Shown here piece after piece: positions 17,842-28,201 of a DNA stretch of 64,000 bases. A model generated the notes under the pieces. It saw only the letters and a list, made by a program, of their open reading frames with translations, was not told the origin of the DNA and searched no databases. The position numbers and the translations under genes were made by a program. The number at the start of each line of letters is the position of its first letter. Positions within the stretch are counted from its first letter, which is position 1. The stretch is taken from sequence record SRR31156797_14741. The stretch is one strand, 5' to 3'.

Positions 17842-18699
17842 ATGAAGATGGAGATTATTGAAAAAGCGCCAGCTAAGATCAACCTCGGTCTCGATGTGTT
17901 AGAGAAAAGAACAGACGGTTACCATGAGTTGGAAATGGTGATGTCTAGTGTTGATCTAGCCGACCGTCTGATAATGGAAGAGATAGCAGAAGATAAGATC
18001 ATTGTAGAAACCAACAAAGCTTTTTTACCGATCGATAAACGCAATAATGTCTATCAGGCCGCCAGTATTTTAAAAAAACGCTATAGTATCAAAAAAGGCA
18101 TTCGTATTCGCATCACCAAGAATATCCCGGTGGCAGCTGGGTTAGGTGGTGGCAGTACGGATTGTGCGGCAGCGTTGCGGGGGATGGTTCGCCTTTGGGA
18201 CTTGGATCTTTCCATGGCAGAGCTGATCGATATTGGTATGGAAGTTGGTACTGATGTTCCCTATTGTCTGTATGGGACCACTGCTCATATTGCAGGAAAA
18301 GGGGAGCTGGTGACGCCGCTGCGGCCGATGCCGCAATGTTGGGTCATCTTAGTCAAACCTCGTCTGAGTGTTTCAACGGGGAAAATCTTTCAAGAAGTCG
18401 AGCTAGACCAACTGCACCATCCAGATATCGCAGCATTGTCTGCCGCCGTCTTAGCCGAAGATTACCCAGCTATGATCGCTGCCATGGGCAATAGCCTAGA
18501 AGCCATCACGATCCCGAAGTATCCGATCGTCCAACAGATCAAAGATCGCATGATGAAATATGGTGCCGATGTTGCCTTGATGACCGGCAGCGGACCGACT
18601 GTTTTTGCTCTTTGTCAAAAATATTCACGGGCACAGCGGGTCTACAATGCCTTAAAAGGGTTCTGCGACGAGGTTTATCTTGTACGTACATTGAAATGA
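17842..18699 (+). CDS. ispE: 4-(CDP)-2-C-methyl-D-erythritol kinase (GHMP family)
   Basis: APAKINLGL, DGYHEL, KNIPVAAGLGGGS, MTGSGPT motifs. Confidence 0.93.
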   Translation: MKMEIIEKAPAKINLGLDVLEKRTDGYHELEMVMSSVDLADRLIMEEIAEDKIIVETNKAFLPIDKRNNVYQAASILKKRYSIKKGIRIRITKNIPVAAGLGGGSTDCAAALRGMVRLWDLDLSMAELIDIGMEVGTDVPYCLYGTTAHIAGKGELVTPLRPMPQCWVILVKPRLSVSTGKIFQEVELDQLHHPDIAALSAAVLAEDYPAMIAAMGNSLEAITIPKYPIVQQIKDRMMKYGADVALMTGSGPTVFALCQKYSRAQRVYNALKGFCDEVYLVRTLK

Positions 18700-18878
18700 A
18701 TGAGTCAAGGACACAGGCTGGATTCGCCTGTGTTTTTTTGCATTCCTTCTATAAAATCCAGTTCAATAGTAAAGAATAAGGCAGCTGAGGTAGGGAGGAA
18801 GCATCTAGAAGCTGCCTTACAGAAAAGACCCCGACGAAAAAAAGGCGTCGGGGTCTGATTCTTTACGTAAAGCAAAGG

Positions 18879-19058
18879 CTATTCTTTTTGGTGCTGCTTC
18901 TTTGCGGATTTTTTCTTTTTGTCTTCTTCGTACAATGGTTTGTCGATCGTTTTGCGGATTTCTTCGGTTTGCTGCGATGCAGGATCTTCTGGTAAATCGA
19001 TTCGATTCAGCAGTTCGCTGTTGTTTACAGTTGGCGGCACAGTTACAAATTCGTTCAT
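18879..19058 (-). CDS. Small hypothetical protein (59 aa, Lys-rich C-terminus)
   Basis: GGAGG RBS, TTGAAA-17-GATAAT promoter (19087-19115) and a GC hairpin terminator near 18826-18856. Confidence 0.65.
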   Translation of the reverse strand: MNEFVTVPPTVNNSELLNRIDLPEDPASQQTEEIRKTIDKPLYEEDKKKKSAKKQHQKE

Positions 19059-19235
19059 CTTCGTTTCCTCCAAGTGCTTTTAAATGATTATCCTACTTAC
19101 TCTCTAATTTTTCAAGTTATCACAAAGGAAACGCATGGCCAACGGTGTAAAATAAGACGATGTTCCCGAGAGAAGAATCCGCTTCAAATGAACGTTTTCT
19201 CCTATGTTTTCCGATTTATCTCGAAATAAAAGTTT

Positions 19236-19258
19236 TAAATCGTAAAACGTACGATTTG
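19236..19258. promoter_or_regulatory. Zur box abutting the -35 of adcA (TTGACG-17-TAGAGT)
   Basis: TAAATCGTAAAACGTACGATTTG compared with the Firmicute Zur consensus TAAATCGTAATNATTACGATTTA. Confidence 0.8.
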
Positions 19259-19364
19259 TCTTGACGAACCGGAAATCATTTGATAGAGTAACTTTTGCTA
19301 ACAAAACGGAGTTGTTCCGTTTTAAAATAAAAAGATGAGTCAGCAAATGGAAGGGGAAATCCCG

Positions 19365-20312
19365 ATGAAAAAAATCTTACTTACTACAGCACTCCTTTTA
19401 GGGGGCGTGCTTCTTGGCGCTTGTGGGCAGCAAGAAGCGACAAGTCAATCCAGTGACGCAGAAAAACTGTCGATCGTCACGACCTTTTACCCAATGTACG
19501 AATTTACGAAAGAAGTCGCAGGTGAGGCAGCGGATGTCTCCTTGCTGATCCCTGCAGGAACAGAACCCCATGACTATGAGCCAAGTGCCAAAGATATGAC
19601 AAAAATTATGGATGCAGATGCCTTGGTCTACAATAGTCCTGAGCTAGAAACTTGGGTTGCTAGTTTGACGGATTCCGTCGATCCTGAGCAAACAGCAGTG
19701 ATTGAAGCGGCCAAAAACATTCAGTTGGTGGAAGGCACAGAGGAAGAGCATGGTCACGAGGACGAAGACAGCCATGAAGGCCATGATCATACGTATGACC
19801 CTCATGTTTGGACCGACCCAGTCTTAGCGATCCAAGAAGTAGAAACGATCCGCGATGACTTGATTGCGAAGTTTCCTGAGCAAAAGGCAACTTTCACGGA
19901 AAATGCGGCTGCCTATATCGAAAAGCTTTCTGCTTTAGATGAAGCCTACCAAGCGGCATTAAAGGATGCGACCCAACGAACCTTCGTTACGCAGCACGCA
20001 GCCTTTGGCTATTTGGCACGGCAGTATGATTTAGTCGAAGAATCGATTTCGGGCATTTCACCCGATCAAGAACCAACGCCAAGTCGGTTGGCTGAGCTGA
20101 AAGAATATGTGGAAGAAAAACAAGTCAAAGTTATCTATTTTGAAGAAAATGCCTCATCGAAGGTGGCTGAGACCTTAGCCTCTGAAACGGGCGTGGAGTT
20201 AGCGGTCTTGAATCCATTAGAAAGCTTGACGCAAGAGCAGATGGATAACGGCGAAACATACCTGTCTGTAATGGAAGACAATTTGGCAGCATTACAAAAA
20301 AGTATTCACTAA
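19365..20312 (+). CDS. adcA: Zinc ABC transporter substrate-binding lipoprotein
   Basis: LGAC lipobox, EPHDYEPS, His/Glu-rich loop, DPHVW, QHAAFGY; no ZinT domain. Confidence 0.92.
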   Translation: MKKILLTTALLLGGVLLGACGQQEATSQSSDAEKLSIVTTFYPMYEFTKEVAGEAADVSLLIPAGTEPHDYEPSAKDMTKIMDADALVYNSPELETWVASLTDSVDPEQTAVIEAAKNIQLVEGTEEEHGHEDEDSHEGHDHTYDPHVWTDPVLAIQEVETIRDDLIAKFPEQKATFTENAAAYIEKLSALDEAYQAALKDATQRTFVTQHAAFGYLARQYDLVEESISGISPDQEPTPSRLAELKEYVEEKQVKVIYFEENASSKVAETLASETGVELAVLNPLESLTQEQMDNGETYLSVMEDNLAALQKSIH

Positions 20313-20324
20313 GGAGGCGCCTGC

Positions 20325-21005
20325 GTGCGTTATATCGATGTAAAAGATTTGACCTTTTATTATGACGATGAGCCCGTCTTGGAAGACATTTCCTACTTTG
20401 TTGAAGACGGCGAATTCGTGATTTTGACCGGCGAAAATGGGGCGGCAAAATCTACTTTGATCAAAGCAACCCTTGGTTTGTTGAAACCTTCTAAAGGTGC
20501 AGTCACCTTGGCGACCAAGAATGCAGCTGGTGAAAAATTAAGCATCGGCTACATTCCTCAGCAGATTGCTTCCTTTAACGTCGGGTTCCCCAGCACCGTT
20601 TTGGAATTGGTCCAATCAGGTCGCTACCCAAGAGATCGTTGGTTCAAGCGACTGACGAAACGAGACCATGAACATGTCCGCCGTGCATTAGATGCCGTCG
20701 GGATGTGGGACGTGCGTCATAAACGGATCGGTGAGTTGTCCGGTGGCCAAAAACAGCGGATCAGCTTGGCACGGGTCTTTGCCACGGATCCTGATTTATT
20801 TATTTTAGATGAACCGACTACGGGGATGGATGAACAATCCCGTAATCTGTTTTATGAACTGCTGCGGCACAATGCTCATGACCACGGCAAGTCGATTTTG
20901 ATGATCACTCATGATCACGAAGATATCAAAGAATATGCGGACCGTCAGATCCGTTTAGTGCGGAAGGAGGATTCACCATGGCGCTGCTTTCATATGAATT
21001 CATGA
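20325..21005 (+). CDS. adcC: Zinc ABC transporter ATPase
   Basis: [19 protein letters not shown] motifs; C-terminal WRCFH. Confidence 0.92.
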   Translation: MRYIDVKDLTFYYDDEPVLEDISYFVEDGEFVILTGENGAAKSTLIKATLGLLKPSKGAVTLATKNAAGEKLSIGYIPQQIASFNVGFPSTVLELVQSGRYPRDRWFKRLTKRDHEHVRRALDAVGMWDVRHKRIGELSGGQKQRISLARVFATDPDLFILDEPTTGMDEQSRNLFYELLRHNAHDHGKSILMITHDHEDIKEYADRQIRLVRKEDSPWRCFHMNS

Positions 21006-21808
21006 GAAGAGCTTTTCTTGCGGCGATTTTTATTGCTGGTATCGCACCAATGCTGGGGGTCTTTCTGGTGATTCGACGACAGTCATTGATGGCTGATACG
21101 CTGTCCCATGTCTCTTTAGCAGGGGTGGCACTAGGCTTCTTTCTAAATCTAAATCCGAGTTTGACGACGCTATTGATCGTAGTCATTGCCGCAATCATTT
21201 TGGAATACTTGCGAACACTGTACCGCAGTTATTCAGAGATTTCGATCGCTATTTTGATGTCCGGCGGTTTAGCATTAGCCCTCGTCTTGATGAACCTTAG
21301 CGGGGGGAACTCCGCAACGAGCATCCAATCGTATTTGTTTGGGTCGATCGTTACGATCACACAAGAGCAAGTTTGGATCTTAGGCTTTTTGTTTTTAGTC
21401 GTTTTTGCTTTATTTTTCTTATTCAAACGTCCCATGTACATTTTGACCTTTGATGAAGATACCGCTCATGTCGATGGCTTGCCTGTGCGAGTGATGTCGA
21501 TGCTCTTTAATGTCTTGACGGGGGTGGCAATCGCCATGATGATCCCGATTGCGGGTGCATTGCTGATCTCTGCGATCATGGTTTTACCAGCTGCCATCAG
21601 TATGCGTTTAGGCAAAAGCTTCAACGCGGTGATTTTGATCAGTGTCGTGATCGGCATGATTGGGATGATGTCTGGTTTGACCAGTTCCTTTTATTTGGAC
21701 ACACCACCGGGAGCGACGATTACGCTGGTTTTTATCGCTCTTTTCTTAGTAATCAATTTGATCAAACGCATCGTGATCCTCGTGCAACGAAAACAACGCC
21801 TCAAATAA
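20978..21808 (+). CDS. adcB: Zinc ABC transporter permease
   Basis: [22 protein letters not shown] motifs; multi-TM. Confidence 0.92.
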   Translation: MALLSYEFMRRAFLAAIFIAGIAPMLGVFLVIRRQSLMADTLSHVSLAGVALGFFLNLNPSLTTLLIVVIAAIILEYLRTLYRSYSEISIAILMSGGLALALVLMNLSGGNSATSIQSYLFGSIVTITQEQVWILGFLFLVVFALFFLFKRPMYILTFDEDTAHVDGLPVRVMSMLFNVLTGVAIAMMIPIAGALLISAIMVLPAAISMRLGKSFNAVILISVVIGMIGMMSGLTSSFYLDTPPGATITLVFIALFLVINLIKRIVILVQRKQRLK

Positions 21809-21864
21809 AGGGCTTTATGAAAAAGAAACGAAGAATTTTCGTTTCTTTTTTTTAAACTCTAATC

Positions 21865-21908
21865 AAAACCGAACGATATAAGCAATATTTCAGATAATGC
21901 TCGCATTT
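21865..21908. promoter_or_regulatory. Inverted pair of PurBoxes (purR autoregulation)
   Basis: AAAACCGAACGATA and, inverted, ATAATGCTCGCATTT, upstream of the purR TATAAT. Confidence 0.6.
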
Positions 21909-21959
21909 ATCCCGAAAAAGCCTTATAATAAGGCGAATAAACTAAAGGAGTTGTCCGGT

Positions 21960-22784
21960 GTGAAAATACGTCGAAGTGAACGACTGATCGATATGACACA
22001 TTACTTGTTGAATCATCCCCATGAATTGATTTCATTGTCCTTCTTTTCTAAACGATATGCCTCTGCAAAATCATCGATTAGCGAAGATTTATCTATTATC
22101 AAAAAGACCTTTAAAGAACGAGGAACAGGCATTCTTGATACCGTGCCAGGCGCTGCTGGCGGTGTTTTTTTTGTGCCTGAAATTTCTGAAGAAGAAGCGT
22201 ATGCGTACGTCGAAGGGCTGGCAAAACGCTTGTCTGAGCAAGACCGTTTGTTGCCTGGCGGCTATGTCTATCTATCTGACTTATTGGGCGAACCGGAATT
22301 GCTGCGCCAAGTCGGCCGCATCATCGCTTCCAAATATTTAGGCGAACAAATCGATGCGGTGATGACCGTTGCTACTAAAGGAGTGCCGATCGCTCAAGCA
22401 GTCTCTTACTACTTGAATGTTCCCTTCGTGATCGTGCGTCGTGATTCCAAGATCACTGAAGGCTCGACCGTGAGTGTCAATTATGTCTCTGGTTCTTCAG
22501 AGCGAATCGAAAAAATGGAATTATCCAAACGCAGCTTAAAGCGCGGCTCTAGAGTATTGGTGGTCGATGACTTTATGAAAGGCGGCGGCACGGTCAATGG
22601 GATGAAGAGCTTGATTGAAGAATTTGAAGCCGAATTAGTCGGTATTACGGTTTTTGCCGAAACGAAATTCAAAGGCAAGCGGGCCATCAGCGATTACAGC
22701 TCTCTGCTGTATGTTGAAGATGTCGATACCCAGACCAAAACGATCTCGGTAGTACCGGGAAATTATTTTGAGAAAAAAGCCTGA
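21960..22784 (+). CDS. purR: Purine operon repressor
   Basis: KIRRSERL, AKSSISEDL, VDDFMKGGGT PRT motif; GTG start after AAGGAG. Confidence 0.96.
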   Translation: MKIRRSERLIDMTHYLLNHPHELISLSFFSKRYASAKSSISEDLSIIKKTFKERGTGILDTVPGAAGGVFFVPEISEEEAYAYVEGLAKRLSEQDRLLPGGYVYLSDLLGEPELLRQVGRIIASKYLGEQIDAVMTVATKGVPIAQAVSYYLNVPFVIVRRDSKITEGSTVSVNYVSGSSERIEKMELSKRSLKRGSRVLVVDDFMKGGGTVNGMKSLIEEFEAELVGITVFAETKFKGKRAISDYSSLLYVEDVDTQTKTISVVPGNYFEKKA

Positions 22785-22961
22785 TTTTTGTGGCTCTTAG
22801 ACTGGCGCAAGCAGCTGTTTTTCGAACGGCGGCTGCCAGTCTTTTTTTGATTGGTCTAGGTGGAGATTCCTTAAATCGTTGAAATTTACAAGTACTTGGG
22901 CTAAACTGTTTATAGGAAATTCAATGAACAAAAATCGTTCAGATTGATAGGAGTGGAATAC

Positions 22962-24335
22962 GTGGACGCACGTTTTGCAATAATTTTAGCGGCTGGAAAA
23001 GGCACGCGCATGAAATCGAAGTTATATAAAGTGTTACATCCGGTTTGCGGTAAGCCAATGGTGGAGCACATCATGAACCGAGTGGTGGAAACAAATCCTG
23101 AAGAGATCGTGACGATCGTTGGTCACGGGGCGGAAATGGTCAAGGAGCAACTGGGGGATCGCACCAATTACGCCTTACAAGCCGAACAATTAGGTACCGG
23201 TCACGCTGTCGTTCAAGCCGAATCATTTTTAAAGGGCAAAAAAGGCACGACCTTAGTAATTAGTGGGGATACGCCGTTATTGACGACGGAAACCTTGAAT
23301 AACTTGTTCGATTACCATCAAGGGAAAAATGCATCGGCAACGATCTTGACGGCACAAGCGGCAGACCCAACGGGCTATGGCCGGATCGTACGGGATCATG
23401 TCGGCATCGTGGAAAAAATCGTCGAGCAAAAAGATGCGTCGACCGAAGAAGCACTGATCCAAGAAATCAATACAGGCACGTATTGCTTTGACAATGAATT
23501 GTTATTTGACGCCTTGGCAAAATTAGATACGGACAATGCCCAAGGGGAGTACTACTTGACTGATATTATCGAGATCTTAAAGGAAGACGGCAAAATCATC
23601 GCTGCTTATCAAACCGAAGATTTCCATGAATCTTTAGGAGTCAACGACCGCATCGCCTTAGCCGAAGCCAATCGCTTGATGCGCCAGCGGATCAACCGTC
23701 AACACATGCAAAACGGCGTGACCTTGATCGACCCGGCGACGACTTATATCGACGAAGGCGTTGTGATTGGTTCAGATACCTTGATCGAAGCCGGTGTGAT
23801 CATCAAAGGGCAGACGACGATTGGAGAAGACTGTGTCATTACGGCAGCTTCTGAAATTGAAGACAGCAAGATCGGCAACCAAGTGACGATCAAGGCATCG
23901 ACGATCGAGGAGAGCATCATTCATGATGGCGCCGATGTCGGTCCCAATGCCCACCTTCGCCCCAATGCGGAAATTTTGGCCCATGCCCATATCGGTAACT
24001 TTGTGGAAATCAAAAATGCGACGATTGGTGAAGGCACCAAAGTCGGACACTTGTCCTATGTCGGTGATGCAACCTTAGGCAAAAACATCAACGTCGGCTG
24101 CGGTGTAGTCTTTGTTAATTATGACGGCAAGAGCAAATTTAAAACGACTGTCGGGGACAATTGCTTTATCGGCTCCGGGTCTAATCTGGTTGCACCCTTG
24201 ACCATCGAAGAGGAAACGATGATCGCTGCTGGCTCAACGATCACCAAAGATGTTCCTAAACACAGTATGGCGATTGCTCGCGCCCGTCAGGAAAATAAAG
24301 CGGATTACGCGAAAAAGTTACCTTATCTAAATTAG
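22962..24335 (+). CDS. glmU: Bifunctional UDP-GlcNAc pyrophosphorylase/GlcN-1-P acetyltransferase
   Basis: [19 protein letters not shown], hexapeptide repeats, HLSYVGDA. Confidence 0.97.
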   Translation: MDARFAIILAAGKGTRMKSKLYKVLHPVCGKPMVEHIMNRVVETNPEEIVTIVGHGAEMVKEQLGDRTNYALQAEQLGTGHAVVQAESFLKGKKGTTLVISGDTPLLTTETLNNLFDYHQGKNASATILTAQAADPTGYGRIVRDHVGIVEKIVEQKDASTEEALIQEINTGTYCFDNELLFDALAKLDTDNAQGEYYLTDIIEILKEDGKIIAAYQTEDFHESLGVNDRIALAEANRLMRQRINRQHMQNGVTLIDPATTYIDEGVVIGSDTLIEAGVIIKGQTTIGEDCVITAASEIEDSKIGNQVTIKASTIEESIIHDGADVGPNAHLRPNAEILAHAHIGNFVEIKNATIGEGTKVGHLSYVGDATLGKNINVGCGVVFVNYDGKSKFKTTVGDNCFIGSGSNLVAPLTIEEETMIAAGSTITKDVPKHSMAIARARQENKADYAKKLPYLN

Positions 24336-24451
24336 AAATAGCGAAATGACTTGATTTCTTAAGGAAAAATGACTACTATTTATTAGGAAGAAGATTCTAG
24401 TAAAAAGGAGTCATTTTTTTCTAGATGAACGCAAAGAAAGTGGAGGTTCTC

Positions 24452-25426
24452 ATGTCAAATCATTATTTTGATCCAAGATTGAAGATTTTTTCTCTGAACT
24501 CAAATCGTCCTTTGGCGGAAAAAATCGCAGCTGCAGTAGGTGTTGAATTAGGTAAGTGTTCAGTCAAACAATTTAGCGATGGTGAAATCCAAGTGAATAT
24601 TGAAGAAAGTATTCGTGGTGCTCACGTCTACGTGATTCAATCAACCAGCAGCCCTGTAAACGATAACCTAATGGAATTGCTGATCATGATCGATGCTTTG
24701 AAGCGCGCCAGTGCGAAGACGATCAATGTAGTAATGCCTTATTATGGTTATGCAAGACAAGACCGCAAAGCGCGATCAAGAGAACCAATCACCGCAAAAC
24801 TTGTAGCAAACATGATCGAAAAAGCCGGTGCGAACCGTATGGTTACACTGGATTTGCATGCTTCACAGATTCAAGGGTTCTTTGATATCCCAGTTGACCA
24901 CTTGATGGGTGCACCATTGATCGCCAACTACTTCTTGGAAAGAGGCATTCAAGGCGATGACGTCGTCGTCGTTTCACCAGACCACGGTGGCGTGACTCGT
25001 GCCCGCAAATTAGCTGAGTTTCTTAAGTCACCAATCGCGATCATCGACAAACGTCGTCCGAAAGCCAACGTAGCGGAAGTCATGAATATCATTGGTCATG
25101 TTGAAGGCAAAACTTGTGTCTTGATCGACGATATGATCGATACTGCTGGTACCATCACATTGGCTGCGAATGCGTTGAAACAAGCAGGTGCCAAAAGTGT
25201 TTACGCCTCATGTACTCACCCTGTCTTGTCAGGACCTGCCTTGGAACGAATCGAAGATTCGGCCATTGAGCATCTAGTTGTGACAGATTCGATTTACTTG
25301 CCAGAAGACCGTAAGTCGAAAAAAATCGATGAGATCAGTGTTGGTGCCTTGATGGGCGAAGCGATCAAACGAATCCATGAGAACAAACCAGTAAGTCCAC
25401 TGTTTGAATCAAAATTATCAATTTAA
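24452..25426 (+). CDS. prs: Ribose-phosphate pyrophosphokinase
   Basis: [25 protein letters not shown] motifs. Confidence 0.97.
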   Translation: MSNHYFDPRLKIFSLNSNRPLAEKIAAAVGVELGKCSVKQFSDGEIQVNIEESIRGAHVYVIQSTSSPVNDNLMELLIMIDALKRASAKTINVVMPYYGYARQDRKARSREPITAKLVANMIEKAGANRMVTLDLHASQIQGFFDIPVDHLMGAPLIANYFLERGIQGDDVVVVSPDHGGVTRARKLAEFLKSPIAIIDKRRPKANVAEVMNIIGHVEGKTCVLIDDMIDTAGTITLAANALKQAGAKSVYASCTHPVLSGPALERIEDSAIEHLVVTDSIYLPEDRKSKKIDEISVGALMGEAIKRIHENKPVSPLFESKLSI

Positions 25427-25611
25427 TCGTGCCTCATAAGCATGAGAACAACAGCCAATGGTCGGTCTTTAACCGCTCATTGGTTGTTTTTTTCTGAGGA
25501 GTTTCAGGATGTTTTTAGAAAAAACGATCGCAGTCATGTTTCTTTTCACCAATTTATGGTATTCTTGAAAGTGACTTGCGAAACGCAAGCACAAAATAAA
25601 ATAGAATCTAA

Positions 25612-25698
25612 TCACAAAGGGGAGTCTGCAAAGGCTGAGAATGAGAGTACTCTAAACCCTTCGTACCTGTTTCGATCATGCGAACGTAGGAATTGTGA
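25612..25698 (+). ncRNA. TPP riboswitch (thi-box)
   Basis: P1 TCACAA/TTGTGA, GGGGAG..GCTGAGA, ACCC, ACCTG..ATGC..CGTAGGAA; an anti-SD CTCCTTT pairs with AAAGGAG; upstream of thiT. Confidence 0.85.
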
Positions 25699-25761
25699 CG
25701 AGTTGAAGTGTCTAACACTTCTCCTTTGTGAATTGTGATGATTCTAAAGGAGGAGTTTTTT

Positions 25762-26334
25762 TTGAAACGAAAAATGTCGCTGCAAGTGTGGACGGAAGGA
25801 ACGATGATTGCTGCGATCGGGGTCGTCTTGTCGTATATCCCGATCCAGACAGCCAATTCCAGTATCGACTTGTCTCTAGGGCTCGTGCCCTTGGTCTTGT
25901 ATTCGTATCGTCGCGGGGTGCTGCCGGGAATGACGGCGGGATTTATGTGGGGCTTGCTGAATATTTTGATTGGTAGCGCCATGCGTAACTTTATCACCGT
26001 TCCACAGATCATCTTTGAATACCCCTTTGCCTTTGCTTTTGGCGGGATGGGCGGCTTGTTTGCTAATAAAATCCAGCAAGCGATCCGTCAAAACAGCAAA
26101 ACCGTTACGTGGTATGTCGTCTTAGGGGGCATCGTGGCGGTGATTAGCCGTTGGTTTTGGCATTATTGGGCAGGGGTTTTTGTCTGGGGAATGTACGCAC
26201 CAGAAGGACAAAGCCCGTATCTGTATTCCTTGATCTTCAATGGAACATCGGTCATCATCAATATCGTTTATGTGGGCGTTGTATTAGGTCTCTTAGTCAA
26301 GGCAGCCCCGAAATTATTTGTGCCTAAAGCTTAG
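25762..26334 (+). CDS. thiT: ECF transporter S component for thiamine
   Basis: Hydrophobic protein with EYPFAF, HYWAGVFVWGMYAPEG and YSLIFNG motifs; preceded by a TPP riboswitch. Confidence 0.92.
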   Translation: MKRKMSLQVWTEGTMIAAIGVVLSYIPIQTANSSIDLSLGLVPLVLYSYRRGVLPGMTAGFMWGLLNILIGSAMRNFITVPQIIFEYPFAFAFGGMGGLFANKIQQAIRQNSKTVTWYVVLGGIVAVISRWFWHYWAGVFVWGMYAPEGQSPYLYSLIFNGTSVIINIVYVGVVLGLLVKAAPKLFVPKA

Positions 26335-26389
26335 TTTTAGAAATGGAACCATGAAAAAATGTCTTGATGCTCTTTGAAAAAGAGAAGCA

Positions 26390-27178
26390 TCAAGACATTT
26401 TTTTGTCGAAAAAGCCAAAAGCCAAATCTTCTTGATCAATTTCCAACGACCAGTTTTTTTTGCTGGCTGAGTAGCGCAAAACTGCAATTTGATCTAACTC
26501 TTTTTGATTGACCAATGCGCTTTTCAAGCCAGCATCTTCTGACAGATAGATTGGGATCGTATAAGTTTTATCGATCAGTTGTTCTTGTGTCAGACAGAAG
26601 ACGATGCCTTCTTGCATGATTCCCCGCAACTCTTTCAGCAAATTAAAATCGAGTTTTTCCACCGGTGTTGCTTTTTTAAAAAAGGAGAGGCGATCATTGA
26701 TTTTTTCTAAGACGATGCGGGTGATCCGATCCGCCAAGATCCGGTAATACTCATCTAAGTAACGATAATAAACGCGGGAACGTGCATCTTTTAAGTCAAA
26801 GAAAACAAAGTTATTTTGCAGTTTGTAAAAGAAAGGGGAGTGGAGGTGTGTCTTCATGTGGCCAAAATATAACAATTCGGAGATCTCTAAAGGCGTCAAT
26901 TCTTTGACCATCTCGTAATCATTAAAATCGATCCACTTCATTTCTTCGGCAATGCGACCTTTGTTGATTTGCTGAAAAAACAGTTGGACATCTTCCATTC
27001 CGCGTATCACTTTTAAGCCCGTATGACCGTCGAATTCGCCGAAATCACTGGAAGGATCAAGCAAGAGCAAATTCTTGGGCTGATGGACGATGCTCTTGTT
27101 AAAATCTTGGGGGGCAAGCCCGCGGGTCAAGACGGCATTGCTGGTTGTATCAATATGTACGTAAATCGTGTTAGACAT
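26390..27178 (-). CDS. Conserved hypothetical protein
   Basis: GGAGG RBS; 262-aa ORF with HSPFFYKLQNNF; bidirectional terminator at its stop. Confidence 0.8.
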   Translation of the reverse strand: MSNTIYVHIDTTSNAVLTRGLAPQDFNKSIVHQPKNLLLLDPSSDFGEFDGHTGLKVIRGMEDVQLFFQQINKGRIAEEMKWIDFNDYEMVKELTPLEISELLYFGHMKTHLHSPFFYKLQNNFVFFDLKDARSRVYYRYLDEYYRILADRITRIVLEKINDRLSFFKKATPVEKLDFNLLKELRGIMQEGIVFCLTQEQLIDKTYTIPIYLSEDAGLKSALVNQKELDQIAVLRYSASKKNWSLEIDQEDLAFGFFDKKMS

Positions 27179-27409
27179 GCCGATCGATCCCTCCTATATA
27201 CTAAGTTCATTCTACAACAAAGCGCTGAAAATTGCTTGTATCTTTTCGTTTAAAGTTATATTACAAAATAACAGAAAAAACAATTTTTAAGTTCCCTTTT
27301 TCGACAAAAAAAGGCAAATCTTGTCTTTTCGTAAAAAAACTGGCCAAAATTGGCGTCTTTATGAGGATTTTGGTATGATAAAAGAAGAAACTAATGGAGA
27401 CGAGAACCT

Positions 27410-28126
27410 ATGAGAAAAAAGAAAAGCAGACTTTCGAATTGGCTGAGCAATCTCTTTTTGCTTGTGCTGTTATTGATTGGTTTAGCATTGATTTTTAATA
27501 ATCAAATCAAAAATTATTTTATTAAACAAACAGGTGAAGCATACGCAGTCGGCACCATTGATCGTAGTGAGGTCGAAAAAAATATGGAAGCGGAAGCGAC
27601 CTTTGATTTTGATGCCGTGGAGCCGGCAAGTTCAGAAGCAGTCTTACGGGCGCAGCTGAGCAACAAAGCTTTGCCAGTGATCGGCGGCGTGGCGGTTCCC
27701 AGTGTTGGGATCAATCTGCCGATTTTTAAAGGCTTGGCCAACGAGGCCTTGCTGTATGGTGCTGGTACGTTAAGTCCCACCCAAAAAATGGGGGAAGGCA
27801 ATTACGCGTTAGCTAGCCATCGCGCTCAATCGCCAGAGCTCCTGTTTACACCATTGGATGATGTCGCGATCGGGGCGGCTATCTATGTGACCGATCTGGA
27901 AAATATTTACACGTATACTGCGACTTCTTCTGTGCGGGTCGACCCGACCGATGTTTATTTGCTTGACGAAGTAGAAGGCCGCAAAATGATCACGCTGATC
28001 ACCTGTGGGGAAATGGGCGGTGTCACCCGTCGTGTGATCCAAGGTGATCTGGAATCTGTAACGCCTGTCGACGAAGCAACGGATGAGATGTTGGCAGCAT
28101 TCAACATGGCACAACGAACATTTTAA
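27410..28126 (+). CDS. srtA: Class A sortase
   Basis: N-terminal TM, GNYALASH, TLITC and catalytic Arg. Confidence 0.93.
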   Translation: MRKKKSRLSNWLSNLFLLVLLLIGLALIFNNQIKNYFIKQTGEAYAVGTIDRSEVEKNMEAEATFDFDAVEPASSEAVLRAQLSNKALPVIGGVAVPSVGINLPIFKGLANEALLYGAGTLSPTQKMGEGNYALASHRAQSPELLFTPLDDVAIGAAIYVTDLENIYTYTATSSVRVDPTDVYLLDEVEGRKMITLITCGEMGGVTRRVIQGDLESVTPVDEATDEMLAAFNMAQRTF

Positions 28127-28201
28127 TCAAAAGAATAGCTCGAGTGGTACGGCAGCTGGCGTGTCATTCGTCTATTCTTTTTTGCATAAGGAGGCGTCTT
28201 G

